From assembly GCA_050230475.1 (NCBI GenBank), contig JBFLGF010000065.1:62001-102119 (forward strand): 40,119 nucleotides of DNA, written 5' to 3'. Source of the DNA: Ancylonema sp. Its lineage: Eukaryota. The position numbers and the translations under genes are program-made. The notes beneath the pieces are model-generated. The model was not told the DNA's origin, did no database searches, and worked only from the letters and a program-made list of their open reading frames with translations. Positions within the stretch are counted from its first letter, which is position 1; each line of letters starts with the position of its first letter. This document shows positions 25,585-37,400 of this stretch, piece by piece.

Positions 25585-26804
25585 CTAACCATCTCCAGCA
25601 ATGTACCGCATCCACCCTTTTGCTTTCCCCCCCACATTCCGCACAAGACCTTTTGCCACATAGAGGTTTGCCTTCAATCTAGAAGGTCCTTTGGGCTCTT
25701 CTACGAGAGTCGCATCGCCCTCTTCTTCTCCTCCAGATGCAGACGCAAGATTCGGTCCACTCTCGGATCTCGTTTCTGATGGCGAAGCTTCCCGATAAGT
25801 TTTCGCAATTGCTGCGGCTGCTTCGTGATTTTCTACCGAATCAGCATCACGTTCCCTTGGGACGTTCCCTACCTCACTCTGCACAACCGCCGCATGAGAC
25901 AACACAAGGACACACAACGCACCAATAAATAGCAATAACAACAACAACGATAATTCTCCTGATTAACGCGGTCAAACCAGAGGGAGAATAAGAAAAGGCA
26001 CCACAACACAACAGAGAATCCACGCACCCAAAACGTCAAGCCAAGCCCTCTCTTAACCCCCCAAACTGATCTCAAAATGAGGAGCTGCACTAACCTTAGG
26101 CTCCTCCCCAGACGTGGCCGCCGGACTTCCAGGCTCCTCATTGGTCGAACTGCACGAGGAACCCGCTGGTGGGTTTCCGTTGCCAGCCCCCCCACCCTCC
26201 TCCCCAACATGAGCCTCACAGCTCCTGACTGCCTCACCCTCTGGTCTGGATTTTACTTGCGCCCAATAGCGTGGGCCCCACCCGAAGCTTCCAATTTGAG
26301 AAGAGGTGGCAGAAGACTCGGGAGTGGACAAGTTTCGAGATGGGTCCCGTTCAAAATCAAACTGCAAGGGGGGCTTCTCCTCGCCATTTGCATCGTATCT
26401 TTTCTGGCTGCTGGATAGCTCCAAAGGGGGGTGGGAGAGAGGGACGGCCTCCTCGTCTTCTTTGAGAGGAGGGTGAGCGGACTCTGACGGAAGTGGATTC
26501 GGTGGCGGTTCTTCTGTGTTCACTGACGCAACTTTATTATTGTCGTCTCTCCGCTTCAACTCGAGTCGCAGCTGCTCGCAAAGGAGGGTTTTAGAGTTTG
26601 CAGTTTCCATCATCTCTGAGTTTAGGCCAATGAGCTTCTCCACAACCTGTCAGGAAAGGGGAAGAAGGGAAGAGGATGTGTACATTTGTGTACATATATA
26701 TTAATGCATGAATATGTACATGTCTGTATATATATATATATGTATATATATATGTATATATATATGTATATATATATGTATATATATATATGTATATGTA
26801 TATG

Positions 26805-26882
<78 letters not shown>

Positions 26883-29765
26883 TACACATTTTCACGCAGT
26901 ATCCGTTTATCACACTTTGTAGCTTTCACCCTTTCTGACCCAGGAGGAAATTTCAGTCCATGCATACGAAAGTCACAGAACGAATTCCCACCCGAACTTA
27001 CAATTCGCCCCTCCCCACACTTCGTCATAACTCTTCGGTATGCATGAACCTCACTCACTAACCATGGTCACTTCTGCTCTGCATCTATTCTGCTTCTTGT
27101 GGGAGAAGTCTGGCGGGGTCTTTACCAGAGTGTGCTGATGGAGGTTCACTCGGAGGACGTGGTTGTCTTCGTCGACTTGAGTCAGCGTAACAACCGCTGA
27201 CTCCCTCTCCTTCCCGCTGCTCTCACTGCGCTCCATCAGCTGCTTGATCACCACCGTCTGCCTCCACAAAGAGAAGGAGAGAGCCCGTTGGTATACCTCA
27301 TCCGTAATTGGTCCATGTTCAGAAACGTGGAGAAGTTGGAGTTGATTGGCTGGAGAAAGTGTTGACCCTTCGAATTATGTAGCCATTCTGAGCGAAAAGT
27401 TGTGGAATTTTACAGGGGGAGGTGTAGAACCATACAGAGGGTTCTGTTTTTCATCATGCCCCACAGAGACAGTCTGAATAGAAGCACCTCTGGTTTGTAC
27501 ATCATCATCAACCACGTCTCCTTGCACACCGTGCTCTGTGGCATGGCTGTTTCTGATTAGACTACGTCAGAATTGGTCACGATGCCGTTCTGTGTACTGG
27601 GATCAATGACCCCAGTACTGAAATTTCCGGACTAGGGTTTGGTTTGCTTATGACAGCAGTATCCTTACATAAGGTTCATGATTTCCTCAGGAGAGATGGT
27701 GCATATAATATCGACATGCGCGCCCTCACGCTCACCTGCCTATCGCATTCCCGTGCGCTTTTGGTAAACTCTTGCGCCAGCGTCTCCTTTTCGACTCTCA
27801 GTCGATCTCTCTCTGAGACCACTGCCTGCCAATGCTGCTGCAGCTCTCTGACACACCCAATGACGCGATTCAGAATCAGAATCCTGATACTAGTAGAAGG
27901 TGAAATGTATGGTTGCCGCATAGGCACAACGTGTGTATGCAAGATACTGCGTGTGTTTGCTATTCTCATTCCCAGTGTGGCGTGGCAGTTGATACCGTTG
28001 ATTGAGTTTATGACCGACCCCCTCTCTCTCTACTGACCTGGTGGGGGCCAGCCTTTATATGGAGAAAGTAGGGGGGACGCCATTAGAAACCAGTTACAGT
28101 CAGTGGAGGAATATGAATGTCGCGAAGCATCTGCCCGCTTTTCCTTTTTGAACCTCAGTTTGTTATCCTGTGGTGATCAATCGCTTCAACATTCGAGTGA
28201 AGACTGTGGAGCGATGGAGAGGTGGACCGCTAGATTGAGAGCTGCTGCTCATCCGTACCACAGACCTGGCATCCGCTCCTCTCTGCTGCAAGGCTTGCTG
28301 CTGCACCACAACTCGAGTGCGCAACTCCAGATTTTCATGGGTGCTCACCTCCTTCTGCTTCACCTGTGAGAGAACGCCGGCACATTAAGAGAAGGAGGGC
28401 TGCTGCCTGAGGGAAGCAGTTCAATATTTTTTGGAAACCAGCCTATTTCTGGCCGGCTCGATCTGTTTAGGACCAATCCCGAGTATGTCGCATAGAGGAT
28501 GTGTGGACTGGATTCGTATCAGAGTAGGAGATGGAGGAAGGCTCACAATCTCTTTTGTTCGCTCGTCCAGCACCGCCTCTTGTTTCATCTGAGCAGCGAT
28601 CTCCTCTTTCAGGTCTGCACAGTCCTTCTCCAGCGCTAGATATGTTACTGCGCCTGCGTACTGGTGGAAGTGCAAGCGAGCAATCAGCCAATTCTGAAAA
28701 ACTCGTTATAGGAGTCCCTTGTGTCTCTGATTGAACGAATTCGTGAATGATGAGGACACATGAAACGGCTTCATGTATCGATGGCCTGATTGGACATGGA
28801 AGGCACCCAACAGCATGACAGCACGTATGTACTGCTGTTATAAAGAACAGAATGTGCGAGAAAAAAAATAAAAGAAATAAAAGATCATTCGATTTGCCGC
28901 TGATCTCGACGAAAAGATGCAGAGTGGGTGACAAGGTGTGCATTCCAGAGTAGGAGTACGTACCAGCAGTCCCACGAAGCTATCCCAAGTTTTATCTGCA
29001 GACTGCAAGTGACAGGTTTTGAAGTGATCAGAAGGCCATCGAGGTAGCAGTGTTGTGTTGTACATTACAAGCAGAAGCAGAAGCAGAAGCACAAGGAGTA
29101 CCATCATCACACCAGCCACTAGAGTTGTGCTGCGAAAGTGACAAAAACATCCACCGATTTGCCGTCTTGCTCTTTGTATGGTCAGATGTCGGGTGTGTGA
29201 GAGGTGACACAAATTTACCCTCACTGAATTCCCTTCGTGAATGACAGAGGGAGCAGCTGAGGCATCGAAATGAAATAATTAATGCAGACTTGGGACACCA
29301 GTCGAGAGAAAATCATGTCACCTGTCCATCGCCTTGTAAACAGAGTGCCGTGAGCGTAAGGAGGTCGTGGTGGAGTTTGCTTGATCGCCTGCAGAAGTGA
29401 CACTTCTGAAGTATGAGGTCATGTCAATATTTTTTCAGGGCTGCTGGCTTGTTTGTCCAGAGATGAGAGCAGCTTGTGGTGGTCAGTTGCGGGACTTGTG
29501 TGTTCAAGAGGCATCCATACGACGGTATTAACATAAGGCGCCGATCAAGAAAGTAGAATTTTCCAACTCACTCTGTCCAGATAGCTCGTGAATCCTTGTC
29601 CGTCATGCTGTCGGCTCCTAGCTTCAATCTCACAGCCAGGCAAACCAGATTCTGATGCTTTGCATTGGTTATGTCACGTCCATAGGCGTCCGCGCCAACA
29701 GCCTGCAGCTCCGAAAGGATGAGCTGGGACTGCTGGTAAAAGTCACGGAGTTTGGCTGCGTTCAT
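25585..29765 (-). CDS. Coiled-coil protein of unknown function (~530 aa). Exons 29765-29572, 29388-29322, 29002-28964, 28660-28547, 28363-28266, 27847-27736, 27257-27126, 26646-26095, 25878-25585
   Basis: Nine exons bounded by GT-AG introns join phase-consistently without stops. The middle is heptad-like ([53 protein letters not shown]), followed by a disordered P/S/E region and the C-terminus [10 protein letters not shown]. The start codon and 5' exons are less certain. Confidence 0.7.
26700..26880. repeat. Intronic (TA)n/TATG microsatellite
   Basis: Long perfect and imperfect TA run. Confidence 0.95.
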
Positions 29766-30140
29766 GTTGTCCAATTTCCTGCCGGGACAGGCAACACAAC
29801 AGTATCCTTACATCCAAGCTCAGCACGGCAGCCTCACAACCTTCTCTCGGGATCCGGTGTCGTACATATTTTCATCAATCAATCTGCCATCTGATCGGTG
29901 GGTAGCTGATCGAGATTATCACCCCAACCTACAAGGAGCCGTGTCAATTTTTCATTGCAAGCGCCTATGCCAGCGCCCTCTATGCAAGGCCGATTCAGTT
30001 TGTTCATTTTTTTGAGGGCGCGGGGGCGGGAACCACGGACATTTACACGGATACGGACACGGGCATGTGCTGTACGGACACCTATCTGCACCGCACTCGG
30101 CTGTCATAAGATATGCTCTCAGAGCATCTTTGCTCAGAGA

Positions 30141-30563
30141 GGCAGTTGCACGCTACAGTACCGGGACCCTCCGATATGCCGTCTCTGATATGGCGAGACA
30201 GTGACACGGCTCGATACGTCATGCTTTTGTAAGTTTGCCCCGACACGCGTATCGGTATCCGATACGATACGACACGGTAAGGAATGTGTCCCATTGCCGC
30301 GGGGGGGAAAAAACAGGTGTAAAAATTAATCGGCAATTATTTTTCTGGGCAAGCTATAACATTAATTCGTTAGATAGGTTCATTGTTACACTTGTTTTTA
30401 TGGTGCACTATTCCCATATACAAAAGTTGGGCGGGACACGTGTGTCGCGTGGCCGATACGATACGCGTTTCGGAAAGAGACGATAACGGCCGTATCGAAA
30501 CGCCGATACGGGGCAAAAATCACCAATACACCATATTGTATAGGAGACGATCGTGCAACTTCC
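30141..30563. mobile_element. Diverged member of the same MITE family, between the divergently transcribed coiled-coil and VPS13 genes
   Basis: TIR GGCAGTTGCACG ... CGTGCAACTTCC. Internal blocks (cgtcatgcttt..aagtttgccc..acgcgtatcggt..gatacgatacga..gtgtcccatt..ggggggaaaa) align with 1844-2203. No TSD visible. Confidence 0.7.
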
Positions 30564-30673
30564 ATATTGTGCAGAAATGATGATCCCTAAACAATTATGA
30601 AAAGGGTGGATCGGATCAATCAATCAATTCACTTATCGTCGAAAAGTGGCGCATTATCTCGTCCAAACTTATG

Positions 30674-30839
30674 TGGGCTCTAGTAATTCCGTACATCAAG
30701 GGGGCAAAAGAAATTACCGTTTTTAACCGAGTGATTCAACCGCAATTTTAAAACTCCGACGACTTGGGCCGAACTGGGGGGGGGAGAACTGGTTCTGAGA
30801 ACCCATTCCGGGTATTAGCCCATAAAGGCTCACACGCGG
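30674..30839. promoter_or_regulatory. Putative bidirectional promoter with three TGGGCY (site II-like) motifs and a CGCG box
   Basis: TGGGCT 30674-30679, TGGGCC 30765-30770, AGCCCA 30817-30822 and ACGCGG 30834-30839, between head-to-head genes. Short motifs, so function is unproven. Confidence 0.3.
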
Positions 30840-31857
30840 CGCAACTCGATCTGAATTACCCAATTCTATGCTTTTTTACAAGAAGAGGTCTAGAAAAATC
30901 CATGTACAAAAGGGGCTGGTAGCCTACGACGTTCAAAGAAAGATCGTAGGCGCACTGAACGCACTCAGAGACACAAGGACACGATACTTAGCAGGTATCC
31001 ATTGCGCCAACTACTAGTTAGGTGCTTTTTGCCAGTTTGTGGCGTCATGTGATCGAAGTCGAGACTGCAAATGAGTTTTGGGTGGATCACACGAATAAAA
31101 AATACGTTTTGCCCTGGATCTATTTTCTGGATCATCGTTATGATAAATTCACTTTCCCAGATCTTTTGCTGGATCAGCAGAATAATAAATACGTTTAAAA
31201 AATCCTTGATCTTCATCTCTGCACATCAGATACGGGTATGCTGACGATCTGTCGTGCAGTCGGGCCCGGTCGACCGATCACAGAGCAGTTAACCGGACTA
31301 TTGGTCGATAATCCGTCAACGTATTGGCTCGGTTTGACTTCTACGTACGAGCGTTGGACACGGTTTTTGTGTGTCTGAAGAACTTCGAATCGAAGTAGGA
31401 GTACTTCGAATTGGACTGACAGTACTTGGACGTTGGACGTGTTGACAAGTGTTGCCAACTCCACCCTGGTGTAAGCGTGGCGTAAGCGGCGAGATATATC
31501 GAAGTGCAGCCGGCCGTCAACCAGGTGTCACTCTTGAAAGATGGGAAATGATGATGATGCATCCACCAGTAAAGCGAGCTTATGTACCAGCTCCAACAAC
31601 GCTGCCAGACGTGTACCCCCGGCTCCTCACTGGAGTAAACATTACTGCGAATTTGAAATCTAGAATGCTCCATGTATTCGGTTTACTCTTACACAGTAGC
31701 GGAGAATTGCTAGAACTGTAAACAAGCAGCGACGTTGAATACATTTCTGACTATTTGTGAAAGTACAGAAATTGCTGGAATGTGGCACTAATATCCGAGG
31801 AAGTTCGAACTAGGGAAAGTCTTCATGTGTTTGCAAGCCCAGCCAGTGTAGCGCAAG

Positions 31858-34432
31858 ATGTTTGAGGCACATGTGAGTCCTGTGTTTCATCCCGCCATGT
31901 CAGATGCTGTGTCATGTGATGCCATGTCTGATCGCCAATACCAACGCATATCAGCCTATTGTGACTCGTATGGTTTTCTTAAGAACAGCAACGTTCAAAT
32001 TTCGACTTGCAGGTTCTCAACCTGTTGCGAAAGTATTTAGGGGAGTATGTTCGCACCATCCCGGAAGAGGCTCTGAAAATCAGTGTCTGGCAAGGTAAAC
32101 GGAAATTTTTTCTTGGAGGATAATTGCAGACATTAATTGGCAGATATCAATGATTGCATGACTGTTCCTTTTGCGACTGTGCTTCTTTATCGTAGTGAAA
32201 TTAGAAGCCCATCCACATAGCCCACACGTCTTCGATACATGAAAAAAACTGAAGCTTCAGTAAATACAGCTCAAACTTTGTTGCCAGGATCTGCTTGAGT
32301 GGCACCGTCCGTAATTCATGTTAAGGGTAAAATGATGAGGATGTTTTCTGGAATAAGTGTGACAAATTCTGCTCTGGCTTCATTCTCCGGATTTTACATT
32401 TCTACGTGTGATGTAACCATTCCTATAGACGTCACTGGATGGCAGCAAGAGTGTTTCTATCCTGACCCAAAAAAACTGTGGAGCAAATGTGGTGTGAGAC
32501 ATGGAGCACATTTATGATGGCCAAGTCCTCACCATGGACACCTCTTCTTTCAACTCTGATGTTCGTTTTGTGCTTCCGGATGTTCAGGTGACGTGGTTCT
32601 GAAAGATTTGGAACTCAAAGCGGAGGCACTGAATGCTCTCAAGCTTCCCATAACAGTGAAGGCAGGATTTTTGGGCTCAGTTCGCCTCAAGGTTCGCTTT
32701 TCCTTCTATCTAAAGAAAAGTCATCAAATTCTAACACCATTTCTCAGTATCTGAACCAGCATTAGGGTAAAAAGCAGATGAAGGAGGGTGCCAAAACAGG
32801 CCTGCCTCCACATCCTCCGAGGCATCCTCGAATATAGACCATCTCCTACTTTTGCATCCTCATTTCAAGGTCGAGTCCTTCCAATCCAGCGATGCTCATC
32901 AGTCATTGGTGGTGGTTCAGGTGCCTTGGAGCCGGCTGGGACAGGACCCCGTCATCGTCTTGTTGGACAGAATTTTCGTGTTGGCAGAACCTGCCCGACA
33001 TGACGTCCTCTATGGGGTCTGTACTCTCACGCCTCTCCACTATCTGTCTCCGATACTTGTACAACATGCCAAAAAAATGATCGAACACGTATGTCGGTCA
33101 ACATGTCAATATGTATGATCTTGACCGACATGGTTTGAGTGCCTCCTGAAAGAGCCAGGAAAGCACCTCAAAAAGTTTTTTTTTGGATTGGAATTGTATG
33201 ATTTTATCTGAATCGAAATGAGTACATTGTAAAAGGCACAAAGCACGAGTCTGAATACAAAGAAAAGAGTTTGTCAGGAGTTCAGGGTATGGATCTGGAA
33301 GGGCTCGGACTCATTGCAAAGGAATTTTGGGGGAAAATATTGAATTCGAAACCTCTAACGTGCAGACTGAAGATGATGAGACGACTCGGCAGGCAGCCAA
33401 GCGGCGCAAAGTGGAAGTAAGTTGGGGTGAGAAATGGAGGACAGAGATGGGAAGGCGCGCGTGTCGCAAATTTCAGCTCCTCATATTCATGCCATTTCTC
33501 TGGTCTTCCTTTTATATCATTCCTGGTTGGAGGGGGGTTGGTGCAGGAGGCAGAGCTGCTGATGCTGGAAGCAAAGGATAAGAAGGATGCCTCATCTGTG
33601 ACCGTAAGAAAAAATCTAAAAAACAAGGAACCCCGTCATGTGTGTGTGCGAAGCAATCATTATACATCTGAAATGCTGAAATCCTGAAATGCTGAAATCC
33701 TGAAATCCTGAAATCCTGACAGTACAGGGGCTGGCTCTAGGGGCTGACTGAGCACAGGGAGAAGGGAGATTGGAAAATGGAAAATGAGGAATTCTGCAAA
33801 TCTGCAATTTTTTCTACGGGGTACTGAGCTCGAGGGTTAGGAGAAAATAGAAGGGATTGGATGAGCAGGGACAGGTAAAAAAGAAGTATGAAATCACACA
33901 CCCCTACCTACCTCTTCAAAAAACATGGTGTTGGAGACAGAGTAGGAAAATGATGGCACCATTGAGTCACGTTCCAGCGAGCCATCTGCGGTCACCTCCT
34001 GGTTCAAACCGCGGTTCCCTCTGTGGTTTGCCGGACCAACCAGAGTACGAACAGCTCCTGGATCGGATCCCTCATATCAACGGTGGTGGGCAACCTGAAG
34101 ATCCAGGTCACCAATGTCCACATCAGATATGAGGACACCTACAGGTCAGCCACAGGACATTGAGCACTCGTCCAAAATATAAATACATATACATACATAC
34201 ATGTATAAGAACATCCGTACTTATGAACTGAGTACACATAATGTACTTTCAAATGCAAATGAGTACATATGTCTATATGTATATGTGTATATATGTATAT
34301 GTGTGTATATGTATATGTATATATATGTATACATATATATATATACATATATACATATGTATATATGTATACATATATATATATATATGTACATATATAT
34401 ATATATATATATATGTATGTATATATATACAT

Positions 34433-34481
<49 letters not shown>

Positions 34482-37400
34482 CGTACATATATATATATAT
34501 ATGTATATGTATATATGTATATGTATGTATACATATATATATACATATATGTATACATATATATATGTACATATATATACATACATATATATATACATAT
34601 ACACATATACATATATACATATATATATATATGTGTATGTATAATTAAGTATATGCAAGTGTGTATGAATAGGTGTGTGTATGTGTATATGAATAAGCAT
34701 GTATGTACTCATGGGACTCGGGGCTGTATGAATGGCACAATACAACGCAAGGAGGTGGGAGAAGTGAGGGGGTTGCGGGGGGGTGGGGATGCAGTCATCC
34801 GGGGCATCCTTTTTGCACGGGGCTCTCTCTGGCGAGCGCTGCCGTTGTCACCATCGACGAAAACGGAAACGAAACTTTTGTGACCAGTGGAGCACTTGAC
34901 CGGTTGCGGAAGGTGAGATAGACGCTCGACCATCTCAAGCTCTCCCTCCACCATTCCTGTATTTTCTGTACCTTCTGTACCTTCTGTACCTTCCGTACCT
35001 TCTGTACCTTACATATCTTCTGTACCTTGCGTATCTTCTGTACCTTCTGTACCTTCCGTATCTTCCCTACCTTCTGTACCTTGCGTATCTTCTGTACCTT
35101 CTGTACCTTCTGTATCTTCTGTACCTTCTGTACCATGAGATGTAGGGATGGGTGAGCAGGCCTTCGATCTGGACCGGGTGGCTGTGTACCACGACTCGGA
35201 CTCGCAACCGTGGGAGATCGGGAAGTCGTGGGATGACCTCACAGCGGCAGAATGGAGCGAGGTACGGATTTCTACCTCCTTTTCCCCTGTTTTGCCAACT
35301 ACGGCCTCTGGGAACGCACAGTCTGGCACCTTGGATTTGAGGAGGGGAGAGGAGGGGAAGGTGTAAGGGTGTCAGAATGGGGGAGTGCACTTGGGCAGCT
35401 GTGTAGGTGAACTTTGGAGTATGATGTAGATAAGGATACAAAGTGGGTGGCCAGGAGCTTATTTGATGATAATCAGAGGGAGAGAGGGTAACCGCATGGG
35501 TAGACTTCATGGTGAATGAAAACAGACAACTGCCAATCCCATACACCCCAAAATCAGCTTCCCACTCACCACTGGTGTAGAAGAGCGACAAGGGGGTCTG
35601 ACAGCCTGACACGTGTCCGTGGTGAGGTGGCAGATCTTTGAGCCTGGCATCACAGCAGGCGAGGCTGCCGAGGGGGATGGGGGGGAGGGGCGGGGTGCAG
35701 GGAGGCAGTATCTGCTGCACCCAGTGGGGGCTCGGGCGCGTTACCTGAGGCAAGGGAAGAAAGACCAACGAGCCCCAGATGTGCCCTACCAGACAGCGGC
35801 ACTGGTGCTCAATGAAGTGGCGCTCACACTGACGCAGGTGAGGAAGACAAAGCAGGGGAGCAGAGGTCAATTTTGGGGTTTTGGGGTTGAAGCAACAATG
35901 TGGGGGGGGGATGAGGGGGTGGCAGGCCCAGTATGGGGATTCCATGAAGCTTCTAGAGGCAATGAGCTGGTATCGGAAGAGGGCTGAGCTGGCGCCGATG
36001 CACCCCCGGGTGCCCGTGGTTGGGAATGCTGCCAAGTGGTGGATGTTCGGGAAGGAGGCTTCATTGAAACTGAGACACGGCACAGAGTAAGGACGTACCG
36101 AAATCCCATCCGATAATGAGGGGAGACCAGTGAGAGAGATCTGGATTTCAATATATTTCATGCTATCTATAATCTCACATTTTATTTTATTTTTTAGTTT
36201 TCCTTATTTTGCGTATTTTTGGGTTGTTTTCAAGCCAATTTTGTATGGATATATTCAGCTTTGGGTTCAAAACAAGAACATGCTGTATGCAAGAAAGTGG
36301 GGGTGGTGTCCGTTGGACGTATATTTTTTCCTCAGTTCTGAGTTAGGAAAAAAGTCGCGATGAAGCCGGTGGAAATGAAGCTTACTTACTAGAAAGGCAG
36401 TCTAATAATTTAACAAAGCACAAACATTGTATGTGCGTCTGGTAGGAATCATGTGAGAATCATGAACATATCATATGTAGACCTCCACACCCCAAAATAA
36501 CTCCAAACAACCATGCATGCACATCTGTTAGCATACATTGAGACATGGTGGCTGCCCGAGGGGTGGCCCAGGAGGCGTATGAGCTGGAAGGAGCTGGCGC
36601 GGCTGGGAGAGAATCGGAGGAAATACGTGGCTGCCTACACGGCCCTGCTGACACCAGGAAACCCGCATGCAGACAGCGAGGAAATCCGAGAGATCGAGAA
36701 AGGGATATCGGCGGATGTGATAATCCTCTGGCGGTAAGTCGGGGGTCAGCTTTGTGGTTGGGGCGGGGGGTGGGCGTGGGGCTGGGGTTTGGGTTGGGGC
36801 TGGGGCTGGGGTTGAGAAACTCCATGTGGGCGTTTTTGTAGTTAGAAGGTTAGTCGTACCGCAGGAGACGTTTGTAGAGGGAGAGGTAATGAACAAGATG
36901 ACAATGGCGTAGATGATGATGATGATGATGATGATGATGCCAATGATGGCTGTAAGCGTTTGCAGCATGCTGTCCCACAATGCTTACGAGCGCGTCCGTC
37001 CAAAAGACGCGGCGGTGGAGCGGACGAAACCAGCTTCTGTGGGGTGGATAGGGTGGATGAGGTAGGCAACTTCGAGGCAACTTCCCTGCGTCACATTCAT
37101 CAGACACTGTCCACACATAGAGACAGCTGTCCCTCCCCCTCCCCCCCTCCCCTACCTGGCCTCTCACGTTTCCTTTTTCCTGGTTTTTTGGTTTTGGGGT
37201 TTTGGGGTTTTCTGGATGGTGACAGGGGCACAAGGCCAGCCAAAGGGTCAGAGGGGGAAGAAGGGGAGGGGCGCCCCGATGGCCTGAGCGAAGAGGAGTG
37301 GGCGAAAATCGACGAGCTTGTCCAATACGAACCCGCGGAGGCAGTGGGGCAGAAACAAGAGGCGCCCTGCATGCTACAGGTGCAGGTGGAAGTGACCATG

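Noticed and set aside
25585..25947. Stand-alone small secreted protein ([23 protein letters not shown]...)
   Set aside because: It starts at TTG, and the hydrophobic leader is the T/G-rich intron end before the acceptor at 25879. The rest is the last exon of the coiled-coil gene.
30965..31721. Short ORFs between the MITE and the VPS13 start
   Set aside because: They show no recognisable similarity and no consistent exon chain; the region is more plausibly VPS13 5' UTR and UTR intron.
34139..34883. Long YIYI/MYMY ORFs on both strands (also at 475-768, 1557-1891, 26591-27058, 39276-39716)
   Set aside because: These are translations of intronic TA/TATG microsatellites.
34795..36161. Minus-strand ORFs (364 aa at 35067-36161; QKV and TEG repeat ORFs)
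   Set aside because: They are antisense to VPS13 exons and to the 9-mer minisatellite, with no recognisable domain.
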